Part shown: piece after piece, positions 25,501 to 37,758 of the stretch
How positions within the stretch are numbered: the first letter of the stretch is position 1
Layout of the letters: every line of letters begins with the position of its first letter
Assembly: GCF_018977255.1 (NCBI RefSeq)
Contig: NW_024704743.1
Coordinates: 38,814,001-38,878,000 of the forward strand
Reading direction: 5' to 3'
Source: Callorhinchus milii
Taxonomy: Eukaryota
Length of the DNA stretch: 64,000 nucleotides
Notes under the pieces: model-generated
The model's input: the letters and a program-made list of their open reading frames with translations, nothing else
Databases searched by the model: none
Told to the model about the DNA's origin: nothing
Program-made: the position numbers and the translations under genes

Positions 25501-28500
25501 GAAAGTGCAGTTATAAAGTAGGTCAGGATTACCAGCACTGATGAAATAAAGGCAACTACAAGTGTGTAAGCTTAGGCTCCTGCGGCTTCAATTTCTTGGA
25601 ACTGATCTTTAGAACCATTGAATTGCTTCTCCAAAGCCCCCTTCCCTATGGTATTAAAAGATGCTTGAAACAGGGGCTTGAAATTCAGCTATGTCTTGGT
25701 TATCATGTATTTGAGGACTGTTCCCTCATAATATTTGCTCAGTGAACACAGGTTTGCTGTGCATCCTAAAAAACCTCTGTGCTACTATAGGTATCAATGC
25801 CTTCAGTGCATTCAGTCACTATACCCTAACCTCTGGAACTCCCTACAGTTCTGATATTCCGTAGCCAAGCATGTCACCTTGGAGCCTGTTCATCTTATCT
25901 CCCCGCTCCCACCACACACACCAGGATAATAGCCACTAGTTGGTCATTTGACATCCTCCACACCAGGGTTTAAGCCCTCACTCCCTGCAAGCTTCCTGTT
26001 GGGCAAAACATCTCAACGTGAAATGAGAGCAGGAGAGCATTGCCACCATCTTACTACCTACAGCTCAGATAAACATCCCTTCTATTGAATGATGGTTTCA
26101 CCAGTTGGAAGTGTGGAGCTTGTGAGCTTGAGCAACAATTTTTAAACTAAATTGAAATGACTGAAGTTAACTGAACAGCCGGGTTCAGTCTCAATTAGAA
26201 TGGACCTACCCCTTAATACAGTTGACTTGAAGACAGAGCACAATACTGCTTTCACCCACTTTAACGTGAGATAGATAATATAACTGGCAAAAGTTAAATC
26301 AAAGTGACATTTCTGCCCAATCCTCAACTAACAAGTGGTTGATTTTGGCCTACATATTCCAGACAGACACATCAAGTCAGCTGTTTGTTTATGGTGCTGA
26401 ATGTGTCAGTTGCAAGCTAATGAGGGAAGAGTCCTCAAATACATAAAAAAGACAGCTTGCAGTAGCTGAATTTCATGCAATGTTTTAAGTATCTATCAAC
26501 CCCATAGGGAATGAGAGGGGGTTTTATTCGGAGAAGCAGTTCAGTGGTACTGAAAATCAGTTTCAAGAAATTGAAGTCACAGGAGTCTAAGCCTGCTTAC
26601 TGGGATTGTAGTTGCTTCTATTTCATCATTGCTGAACACTTTATAACTGCACTTTCAGCACTAATCCTAGTAAACCAAGTGCAAACACTATCAGCAGCAC
26701 CTCAGTCTTCATCAGCAATGGAATTAGTGACTTAGTCACACACCATACTTTCCTCAGATTATTTTTCACTCTTGTCAATTAAGGAAGAAAGTCACACAGA
26801 GTGCCATTGATGTTGCTGTCCTTTTCCTAATATGGTCAGCAACTCTCAGAAGCCTTTATAGATAACCTCAGTCCCAGAGAGATTAGATTGGTCATTGCAA
26901 AGCCTCTGTAATGTGTAGCAACATTGTAGTGGTACAGCAACTTATTCCTCAGTTTACAATTTCTCACCTGGTGGGTAGGGAACAATCCTGGATTTGCTTC
27001 TCCACTTTGGCCTATGTACGAGTGACATTTCAGAGATGGAAAATGAGGAGGTTGAACAAGCACCAGGACCTACTCTGGATAGGAAAGGTCACTATGTCCA
27101 TGACACCAAACATGGCATAATTGCTTTGTTGGATCCCCAAATAGATAGGTTCTTTCTGAATGCTGGGTGGCCTCGCCCCCTTCCTATTTTCAGGTCTCTA
27201 CTGAAGACCTTTCTTTTCGTCCGGCCTTTGGTCACGTTCCTCCCCCTCCCCCTGGCTTGACCCCGGGATCCGTTACTGTGAAGCGCTCTGAGATACCATC
27301 CGGCTATATAAATCCAAGTTGTTGTTGCCGTTGTTGTTGTTAAGGGAAATGCATTCTTCCGAAAGTTGTACGTATGCAAACCAGTGGATCCAGCTCATAT
27401 GTATGGTGAAGAGAACTAGAAAACTTATGCCATAAGCCACACAATATTTTTGAGATGGTGGACATGGAACCCAGAACTTTATGACATCCATTGCTGTGAA
27501 ATATCATTCATAGACCAGAAGTATGTTTTCACACATAGTATTCTGTGTATATTTCTTGATCTTCTGAAGGAGAACAAATATGCGCAAACTTTGAAGATTT
27601 ACTAATAATAACAATAATCCTTGATTTTGATATAGCTTCATATCATGTCTCAAAGCACTTCACAGGATGTGCTGCAGAGTGTTGCGGCTGTGTGTATTTT
27701 TTTGGGTGAACTATGAATCAAATACAAAAATGTCTGTAAAGAGGTTCTGCCAAAATAGTGTCAGCAATTTGCTGATCTCATTGAAAAGATAATCTGGCAA
27801 ACCGTTTTGTGTTTAAGGAAAAAGTGATGACCCAAGAGCAGAGAGCCAGGTTTGATTGTGCAACAAACATTGTGAAAAGCACTAAAATTATTCTGAGGCT
27901 CTAACATTTTTTGGCTCCGATTTCCAACCACTGCAATGATCCTGGTTGTGTCTGTTACCACACATTTGCAGATCCCTATACATATTAATACAACAGACTT
28001 CGTGCTTCCAATTGCACCATTAAAAAAATTCCTCAAAAAAAAATAATACATTGGTCACTCAATCTATGACTCTTTGTGGGACACTGCTGTGTGCAATTGG
28101 CTGCTACATTTCACCCACAAAATATACAGTCAATTCACTTTACAGTATATTCTGTCAAGCACTTTGAGACATTTCAAAGATAAGCCGCTATATCAAATGC
28201 AAGGATTATTATAATTATGTTTGAAACTATCAGATGTGAAACAAACTCCTGATTGATGTTTAGAGGCATTACTCTGTTCATTAATGGCTTATTGTTTTTG
28301 CTCCTTCACTGTGATCTTTTATTGTTAAGGGATTCTTATTCTAGTTTTGGTCTTTGCCACAGAGACGTTCTACCTTAGAATGAATGTGCATTATGAATGA
28401 AAGAGCCAACTCGAGAGTAGTGGGACATGCAAACTAATCCAGTGTGTGACTATTAAGCAGTTATATGATTCCCATCATGACTGAGTGGATTTGTTCTGTT

Positions 28501-29159
28501 CATCCCATCACACTTTATTGGTGATGCTACTATTAAACCTTAGAAGGTTACACAGTAATTTGATAGCTACATAAGCAATAAGTCTCCAAAAACAGGATTT
28601 AAAGCATTTTGTGGAATAGGGATTTCATTGTGAGTTTCTGTAATTTAATTTCCTTTACTGGTGTGATTCATGGGGAAACCAAATAGTCACATTAGTTACT
28701 TACAATATGGAAGCATGTTAGGGCCAGTAATCCTAAATTGTGGAGCCTTGTGAATCAATGTAATTCATATTGGCTTTCATGCTACACATGAGATGCAATC
28801 TATAAAGTTAACACAATATCAATTTGGGTATTTTCTCCACTCCGCTTCTCCCATTGACAGAATGGGAAGAGAATGGCCCTCAATGTGTACATTATACTTG
28901 ATTCAGTATTTCAATAATTAAGAAATAGAATTGTTTCCTCTTTCAAATTATTTTCCATGGCCATAACCCTTCGATACTTGTAAGGGATGGAAACAGCTTG
29001 CCATACCATGGAACTATGTAATGTACATACACATGTCACAGCAATCGTAAAGATATATCTTAATTTTTGAGGAAGAAAGCCTTTCTGTATGAAGTAAAGA
29101 TGTAAGCTTCTAATTACTGCCTTAATAAATGTCTGTGCTTATTTTTGTTTTCTCCTCAG

Positions 29160-29352
29160 TGGGAACCTATCACAGTGACATTGGTTGAGAAGGTACAAAT
29201 AATCGCTGTGATCCTTGGTTGCCTCTTTCTGATAGCGAGTGTGACGTGGCTTTTCTGGTCAGCCTTCAGTCCTGCTGCAATGTGGCAGAGAAGAGATATC
29301 TTATTCCAGATCTGCTATGGAATGTATGGTTTTATGGATCTTGTGTGTATAG
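29160..29352 (+). CDS. MARCHF11: MARCHF11 exon 3 (two transmembrane helices)
   Basis: ctcag|TGG..ATAG|gtagg, 193 nt phase 0/1; [64 protein letters not shown]. Confidence 0.96.
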
Positions 29353-30109
29353 GTAGGTCCCATGTGTCATAAGAGCCAAATAAACATTTCACATCTCTAA
29401 AGATATAAAGAAATAGTCACTACTCCTATGTATACTTTACTTAGAATTTCAGAGCTTACAGCATTTGGCAGCTTCTTAAATGCAGTCTCAATTTGTTTTT
29501 CTGCAAGTTATTTTAGGAAAGATGGTTCCAGTAGCTTCATCTATTACACCACCTTTGCAGCAGTGTACATGTTTCAGCTAGCTTCAAGTTATTGTGGGGA
29601 AAAAATTACTGTTACAAATTGTTACATCAGCACAGGTTAAAATCGTGGGGTGGGGGTGTTACTGACAAATGGAGAAATATTTCCAAAAAGTTAATATTTG
29701 AGGAAGTTATTAATTCAGTATATGAGGATGTTTTAACGTGTATAGTATGTATGTATATATATATTCATTAGAATTTTATGCAAAGTTTTCTTTTACTACA
29801 TTTTCACCTAATTTTAACTCGAGAATGTTGTATTTAATTTCCACTGGGGGTCTAAATTCTGGTTGATTTACCACAGAAGAGTTAAAAGGTTTTTAATTTG
29901 AAAGAGTGATTTTTTTAAACATGGAAATGTTAATTCAGCCACATTCCTCTATGGGAATAATAGTCTCTGGAAGGTTCGACAAAAGAGGAGGCAAACAGAA
30001 AGAAGTACCTGAACTGCCTACATCATTACCGCCAGCGAGTGCAACAAGGTGATTATGGGGCTCAGGAACATATCTGGGGTATATTTAACACTGATTTCAA
30101 AGGAAAACC

Positions 30110-30748
30110 ATGGCGCTAACCTCAGGAGCTGCAGAAGAGCCTGCGAACCGAAAGAGTTGCTTCATGGAGCAGGCCCAAATGATCTTGCGGAGAGAGTTAT
30201 GGGACTTGAGCCACGTTATTTTGGTGTGACTGGCGGTATTGTTAAAAGGGATGTTCAACAATAAGCCTGGAAGGAAATAACCAGAGGGGTGATTGCGGTC
30301 AGCCCCACCAAAAAGGACACCAAAGAAGAGGTACCAAAGAAGTAAAGCTATCTTAAAAGGAGTGCTAAGGTACAGTAGTCTTTTTATTTGATGTATTACC
30401 ATTTATTATTTTGCTAATATGGGGCATGTACCATCTTGCAGTGAGTTTCAACATGATTTAACCACATGATGACCAGAGACATTCTTCATGTAGCTGGCAC
30501 ACAGCCCACAGATAAAGAGTGGAGTTTTGGCTCATGACTTGCAGAAACAAGTTGAGGGTTTGCACTGTTCCTTACCCTTTCAGGGGAAAATGACAGACAA
30601 TCAGAAGCAGAGAAAGATGACCTGATGGTGGAATCTTCGAGGCGAGGCAGCTCACCAGGGCTGAAGAGTTTCTTCTTCCTCGGATCTATAAGGAGCTACT
30701 GGTCGTCCTGGAAGAGGATACTACAGTGGATAATTCTCAGTTTCTCAG
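30110..30748 (+). pseudogene. Spliced Myb/SANT-like DNA-binding gene of PIF/Harbinger type (decayed); exons ~30110-30369, 30584-30748, probable third exon from 30881
   Basis: ACCATGG start; MALTSGAAEEPANRKSCFMEQAQMIL/AERVMGLEPRYFGVTGGIVKRDVQQ*AWKEITRGVIAVSPTKKDTKEEVPKK*SYLKRSAK |gt..cag| GKMTDNQKQRKMT/GGIFEARQLTRAEEFLL. This follows the RKxxF..W.EI...V..KW.DLK..AK / K..NR..R..TGGG..LT..EE pattern; two stops and two frameshifts. Confidence 0.7.
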
Positions 30749-31539
30749 GTGACAATGTTTTGTTCAAAAGCAGAAACATCAAAAGCAGCATAAAGATTTT
30801 GTCCCTCAATGGTTACGGTGGCCATTACCACTGTTATCCGTATCACGAATGATACTGAATTCATTTTTGTTCACTTGCAGCTCCTTCATCTCACCTACCA
30901 CCAGCACCTGGCCAGATATAAGCCACAACAGCAGGTGCAGAAGTGGAAGGGAGAAGGAAGGCAAGGAAGAAGAAATGGAGCCCAGCACCACTAGGGAGAC
31001 CCATCCTCTGCCCATGCGTCACAACATGGCACAAGAGATGCCGGCAGAGGGAGGGTCTCACATTCAGCTGATTCAAACCAGATAGAATTTGGCTCAGGAA
31101 GAATTTGATTAAAACAAGCATTTCTAAGCTCTCTTGTTACCTCCTCCCTCAAGCCTTTCCAACCTAGGACCACAGATGAAGATCACTCCACCATCAAGTC
31201 CTACACAACACAGAAAAGCACTCAGAGAAAGGCACTAGCAAGGTAGTCGAGGGGACTGACATGATGGTTCACACAGCACTTCAGAGGTGAGTCATGCAGC
31301 TAGGAGGAAGTGCAGGTCCATAAAAAGAACATAGACAGGCCTTACAGTGCTCAGACACCGTGAATGGGTTGTACCAAGCGAGGAGTGAAAAAATGCTGAA
31401 GACTTTCACTCATAGGATTGGCAGTTGTTGGGCTTCTTGCAGGAGCTGAGGGATGATTTAAGGGAAAACACCCAAAGTACACACCGTCTGACCACAACAT
31501 TAGAGAAGTCCAGTACCTGTTTGGAAAGTGCACCATCTA

Positions 31540-32450
31540 GAGCCATTGAAAGAGTTGGAGACACATTTGACCAACAACCATGATGGAGATGTCCAAAGAC
31601 AGGGCTTGAGAGGTGGCCAGTGTCTACAAATGTCCGATGAAGACCTTGTCAAAGCTGTCAGACTGCGGTCACTCTTTAGCAATGCCTTTATATAGCACTG
31701 TGGAAAAAGGGCTGGCCGCCCACTAGCTTGACAGTACAGATGTGGCTGGGATGTTGTAAAATTACCAGGGCATTCAGGACAAGAATTCATCATTGCTAAA
31801 ATTCACCTCATCTTGAGCAGCTGATATAAGGTAGGTTGAGTAGGAACAGGAGAGTGATTCATGCAACCAAAGGGTGAGGACAGTATTCTGTGGCCCACTG
31901 GAATGATTGAACACCTACTGCTTCTGCTAACTAGCTGAGGGACATGATGGGTCTCCAGCACCCCAGGAACTAGAGGATTTGGAAAATTGTCCCACAACTG
32001 CTACCAAGTAGCTTTGGCACCTCCTGAGGAAAGTGCCACAACATCAGCACAAGACATGCCCAGAGATACTATGCCAATCCGACAAGGACATCGTGGACAC
32101 ATGTGGGGCTGGGGTCCTGCTCCCGGTCAATCTTCTCATGTCCCTGTAGCACAGCTACATAATATTGTGAAGCTCTTCACTGAACCTTCCATATAAGATA
32201 CACCTGTAAATAGTCAGAAAACGTAACTACAACCATGAATAAATGCATGGTGGGGATCTATGAAGAGGAAACATACCACATACATAGCACACTGATGGTA
32301 TTGAAAGTTTCTGTTGGAAAATACAAGAAGCATCAGTGCCAATTGTTGATTGTTATTTGTGCCTGGGGGTTGTGGCAAACACCAACTTGTTTGGCCGCTG
32401 TCCTGCGGAACCACACTGAGAAGTGGCAAAAGGCACTTTAGTCATTCTCG
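31540..32450 (+). mobile_element. Possible highly decayed Ty3/Gypsy gag-protease remnant
   Basis: Frameshifted fragments FDQQP*W..GLERW..NV/DEDLVKAV..VVKL..H..IIAK, LRDMMGL, VALAPPEESA, GH motif and V.V..YKKHQCQL..VPG.G resemble fish Gypsy gag/PR motifs; no intact ORF. Confidence 0.35.
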
Positions 32451-34889
32451 TTTTTCTTCAAGGACAGCAAGGTACCAATGCATGTTAAGCTTGTGGGGTA
32501 CAAGATCTGTGTCCAAACAGTTCTTCTTTGTGGTTCCAAGCTCATGGGGATGCAGCGAGGGGTTTCTTTTGACCAATTTGCGAAGTTCAGGATCAAACAG
32601 TGAGGTGGATTTGTGGTAAACAGCTGCAGGGAGGGATGACTCTGACCTACACTCATTTGTTGCTGAGCTCCATGGAGATAGAGTTAACTTCATGATGGGC
32701 ATGTCAATGTGCCAAAGGCCTTCACACAAGGACCTACAATAAGCAGCTAGTGCTGAGCGAACCTAGTACACGGCATTGGACTTGGACATCGAGAACATAA
32801 AGGTGGCTACCATGTCACAAGCTGTCTTGGTACACGACAATGTAAAGAAGTATGAGAAGTATGCAGAGAAGTATGTAGTTGCTGCTCAAGCTCTCCACCT
32901 CCAATTGGTAGAACCAATTCTCAGTGGGAAGGGATGTGTGTTTGAGCTGTGGGCAGGAAGTCGATAGTAATGTTCTCACATATTTCACGCTGAGCTGTGC
33001 TGATCACCAGGAACCTCGCAGGGATTCCCTGTCACCTGTCATCCACATAGTGAGGGCTTAAACTGGAGCTTGTTGGATGAAAAATCATTATCCTCCAGTG
33101 GGGGGGAGGTGGAGAGTGAGTGTGGCCCCATTGGAGCTGAGTTGGCTCTGAGGTGACATGCTTGGCAACAGTGTATCAGAATCGAGTCAACCCTCTGTTA
33201 CAGTCTCATCAGCTGGTTCAGGAGCTAGGTGGGTCTGCAATACTCCAGACTCCACAGACCGGCCAGACTTGCTCATCAGCAGGACTTGGAGGGGCAGACC
33301 AGTCTCTGGGACTGGGGATTGTTTGACTCAGAAACTCTAACTCTGCAAGCAAAGCTCTAGTTGGTATGGTGGTTCTGACTGGGCAAGCTTGCCAGACAGT
33401 GCTTTCAATGGCAAGCTACGTACTTGTAACTGGTTAAATAGCAGGAGTACTCCAATGCACACTCTGTGGTCCCCAAGCCTTGGCTCTTGCTAACCTGTAC
33501 CTAATATTCTCCGGAATTAGGTAAGCAGGTTGCGTCCTTCCTGGAGAAGAGTGCACATTCCATTCCAGACATAGAGAAATTTCCATGTGAGAGTGACTTA
33601 CGTAGGTGGAACTCTCAGTCTGGTTTGGATACGCTTAAGTGTGGTGATGGGTTTCCGCATGTGACAGACACCCGGCTGACCAAAATAAAAGATGTCAGTA
33701 ACATGATGCTGTTTTATGTCAAACAAAAGATCTACAGAATTCAGTATTTTTTTCAACAAAATGAGGCTTAATTTTTTTCCCCTAATTCTATTACAATTAA
33801 AATGATTTTTTCCCCTAATTCTATTCAATATTCTATTGATAGAGGCAAGGTATTGCAATTCCATACTCCATTATGTGCCTATTATTTTCTAGAGATTAAT
33901 TATTTTACCAAGCAATATTGTTTTCAAGATTGATTATGATTCCACCTTGAGCTTCATTTGCTCAAGTCGACGTGGCCATTTGGAAAGTCACCAACTATAT
34001 GGATATTAACAATATGAAATGTCTCAAATTATATAATCATTATATAATCATATTGGCAAGATCTATGAATGATTAGGCTGAAAAACTACTTAGAATATAT
34101 TGATTAAGTTGTGACTATAGTTGCTGAGATATATGACAAATATTTATTTGCATCAGTTAGAATCATACTTTGGAAACATTAGGCAGATGAGAGGTGTGCT
34201 GATGTACACAAATAGTTTGTGCCACAGAGGAGGAAGCAGATTCAGCCCTTCGCTTCCCTTATTCTTGATTCAATCACATGAAGCAAGGAAACAGCTTTGG
34301 GTATCATAAATGTATCCCTGTGCAGAGGAAAATCATATAGCCTGTTGCCATCAGGTCATAAAGGTACCGCTCCCAACAGTCAACAAATATGACATAGGGA
34401 TGTAGGGCCAAGATATATAGGGGGAGGGTATGGGGATACTGGGAGAGCATGCTCTTAACTCCCAACCTCGCCCCCCCCCAAACGCCCATCCAAAACAAAC
34501 AAACAATGAGTTTGAAAATGCTTTGGTGGTTCTCAAACATAAATGGTATAATTACTACTGAAAATCATCAGTGCAAATTTGCTACATCTTGTATGTAGTG
34601 TCAATGTGCTTTCAACTGCATTTACGTGATCACAAATACTGTAGTTTGAAAATGAGCTCAGAGTGACTAAGGTTGTATAATTGCAATAGGGGTATTTGAT
34701 AGGTATTTTAATAGGATATAATGAACACTTGTGTAAATGAAACATCAATTAGACATCCCCAATCATCAAGAAAAATCCCATTTGTTGTTCTTGGTGAATA
34801 TTTGTTAAGAGAGAATTGCTTTACTGGATATAATGAAGATATAAGTGTACATTAATTGAATTCGTTTTTAATGTTATGCTTTTCAACAG

Positions 34890-35215
34890 GCCTAATTGTT
34901 CATGAAGGAGCAGCAATCTATCGAGTGTTTAAGCGCTGGAGGGCTGTTAATCTGCACTGGATGGTGCTGAATTATGACAAAGCGAAAGATGTGGAAGGGC
35001 ACAGCAGCAATGCAGAAACCTCAGCCAATCAGACCTTTTGGGCATCTCTGAACCGATTCAGAACAAGAAACACAGTTACTTCTCCTCGGTTAATATCTGA
35101 AGGATTTCACTGCAGCTATACTTTATTGCATTTATTCACTCGCTTCAGACCACACGATGAGGAGTATGAGGACAACAGTTCTGCTGAAGTCGTAATGAGG
35201 GTGACTTCAGTATGA
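34890..35215 (+). CDS. MARCHF11: MARCHF11 last coding exon (cytosolic tail with YxxL and PDZ-binding VTSV)
   Basis: caacag|GC CTA.. phase 1; [49 protein letters not shown] at 35236. Confidence 0.96.
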
Positions 35216-36977
35216 AAATACATTCCTCACAATCTAATAAACAGCCAATGAATTACATTTCAGTTTACTCCTACATGTGTGCTGCTGTAAGACCAAGCAA
35301 GTATACAAGGATAAATAAATGTAATATATTTAAAAAAGTACTTTTATAAAATGCATGCACTTTTGATATTGTGCTCATTTGATTGCTACTGTAATATATA
35401 TATTTTTAAGACATTAAAACATTTTATTTGATAGTTGTTTATAGTTTAATATTTTATGCACATGATTTAAAGAGGCAGTGTTTTTTCTATGGCATACTTT
35501 TACTGCAGTTAATATTTTTTAGAAGAAAACAAAACACCACCAACAAACCTTATTTAAAAATTACATTGTTTTCGGCAAATCTTCCAAAGCCCAAAGAAAA
35601 CACTCTTAAAACATTCCCATTCTCATATAAAAATTGTATCTGCATATTATACATATAATTCAGAGGCAGTTGCAAGACATTCTTTTATGTTAAGATTTAT
35701 GCTTATAATCTGCAAGAGTGACTCTTAAGTGGTTTATCTATTTATCTATGTTTTACTTAATTTGATGAATTTAAGATTGGGGATTAGGATAGAATTAGCA
35801 TTTATTAATTTGGTAATTGGAATCAGGATGGATGGCTTCTTGGAGGACCAAACACCAACGTGAAATAGTTGGCCAATTGGCCTCCTATTGTGTCATATGG
35901 TACTAAGGTACATCCAAAGTCAGCCTCAAACATTCCTGTTCTCAAGTCAGATACAGCATGAGTTAGATGCAGGGTAAAGGTCCCACTATACTGTTTCAAC
36001 AATAATGTGCCTTAACCCCAAACTCAGATGAACACCTCCTTCTGCACCAACCTAACAATTCCATTTCCTACTTTTGTGTCTTCTCAGAGTGTAATTGCCA
36101 ATTTCATGGAATTCGTGCCAAACAAGGGCAGTCTTGTGCTATAGGTTTGAGCTCACCGGGAGCTGGTTAAATCCAAACTAATTTCATTTGGAACTCAAAA
36201 CCATAAAAATGAGAAGCTTTTTATCCCTTCAGCCTACACTAAATTCAAAGCAAGGCACAAAGGATGAAAAGGCAGTGTGCTGAGCCACTGTGTCATTGAG
36301 TACCTCAAATGTAGAAGTTTATAGAGGAAATCTGAACTCAGAGATTTGAGCTACAGGCTGCAACTTTCTCTGAAATGTTTCTGATATGTAAATATAATTA
36401 TTTTCTAAATTGATCAGCAAAATCTTCCTTTGAACCAAATTAAGGAACCTTTGTAGAACTGTGAGGTGTGAATCTGGTGCCTGAACAAATCTTCTCTTCT
36501 AATACACATTCCCTTTAGCAAAGAGTGCCCATTAAAAAGCATGTTCTGTATAAACAAAGTATTTGTGTTTGTGAACATTGTAAACCTGGGTGCCTTACTG
36601 GTATTCAGAACTGCCTCACACCCCATGGAATGACATCTGATAGTGCAAGCCATCATAACATAAGCAAATGCATGATATTGATCATGTGACTGGTAGAAAG
36701 GTAAATTTAATTTATACAGTGGGATACCGGGTCATTTACTCACTTGTGTACATTATAATGTAATATTTTTAGCAGGCTATAAATAAAAATGGAAGCTGGA
36801 TGCTGTACAGATGCTGACATCTTTTATTTCTTTAATTTGCAACATATGGCAAACTTACGAGTCTTTTTTTTCACATGTTCTGGAACTTTCTTTAACAAAA
36901 TCAGCCTAAAGAATGGGGAAAGGATATCACTTTCTGTGGAACTTCTGAGAATTTACAACACTGCAAGTTCCAGCAAC

Positions 36978-37758
36978 AAACAACAACAACAACAAGATTC
37001 CATTTATAAAGCGCCTTTCACGTCAGGAGGACGTCCCAAAGCGCTGCACAGTTGGGTCATGACCCGAGCAGGGGGGAAATGGTCAGGGTGAGGGAAGGGA
37101 AGGGAGGGAGCGAGGAGGGGGGAAATGGTCAGGGTGAGGGGAGGGATGGGAGGGAGCAAGGAGGGGGAAATGGTCAGGGTGAGGGGAGGGGAGGGAAGGG
37201 AGGGAGCGAGGAGGGGGGAAATGGTCAGGGTGAGGGAAGGGAAGGGAGGAGGAGGGGGGAATGGTCAGGGTGAGGGGGGGGAGGGAGCGAGGAGGGGGAA
37301 ATGGTCAGGGTGAGGGGAGGGAAGGGGGAGCGAGGAGGGGGAAATGGTCAGGGTGAGGGGGGAGGGAGGGAGGAGGGGGGGAAATGGTCAGGGTGAGGGG
37401 AGGGAAGGGAGGGAGCGAGGAGGGGGAAATGGTCAGGGTGAGGGGAGGGAAGGGAGGGAGCGAGGAGGGGGGAAATGGTCAGGGTGAGGGGAGGGAAGGG
37501 AGGGAGCGAGGAGGGGGGAAATGGTCAGGGTGAGGGGAGGGAGGGAGGGAGCGAGGAGGGGGTAGAGAGTCGAGAGGGGAGCTGAAGGCACGGTCAAAGA
37601 GAAAGGTTTTGAGACCGGCCTTGAAGGAGGAGAGGGAGGAAGCGGCGAAGGCACTGGGGGATAGAGTTCCAGAGCCTCGGGGCTGAGAGGCTGAAGGCCC
37701 GACCACCGATGGTAGGGCGATTGGGGCGGGGGACGTGGAGCAGACCGGAGCCGGAGGA
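36978..37758 (-). mobile_element. Young L2 3' fragment with expanded purine-rich VNTR (~11 units, 37070-37560)
   Basis: Mirror of 10900-11283, but GGGGAAATGGTCAGGGTGAGGG.. occurs 11 times rather than 2. Confidence 0.9.

Noticed and set aside
31290..33700. Harbinger DDE transposase partner of the Myb gene
   Set aside because: I could not find GAIDGTH, NRKG, PGS.HD or GDSGY motifs on either strand by eye.
37070..37560. CRISPR-like repeat/spacer array
   Set aside because: The intervening sequences are variants of the same purine-rich unit, not unique spacers; eukaryotic L2 UTR context, no cas genes.
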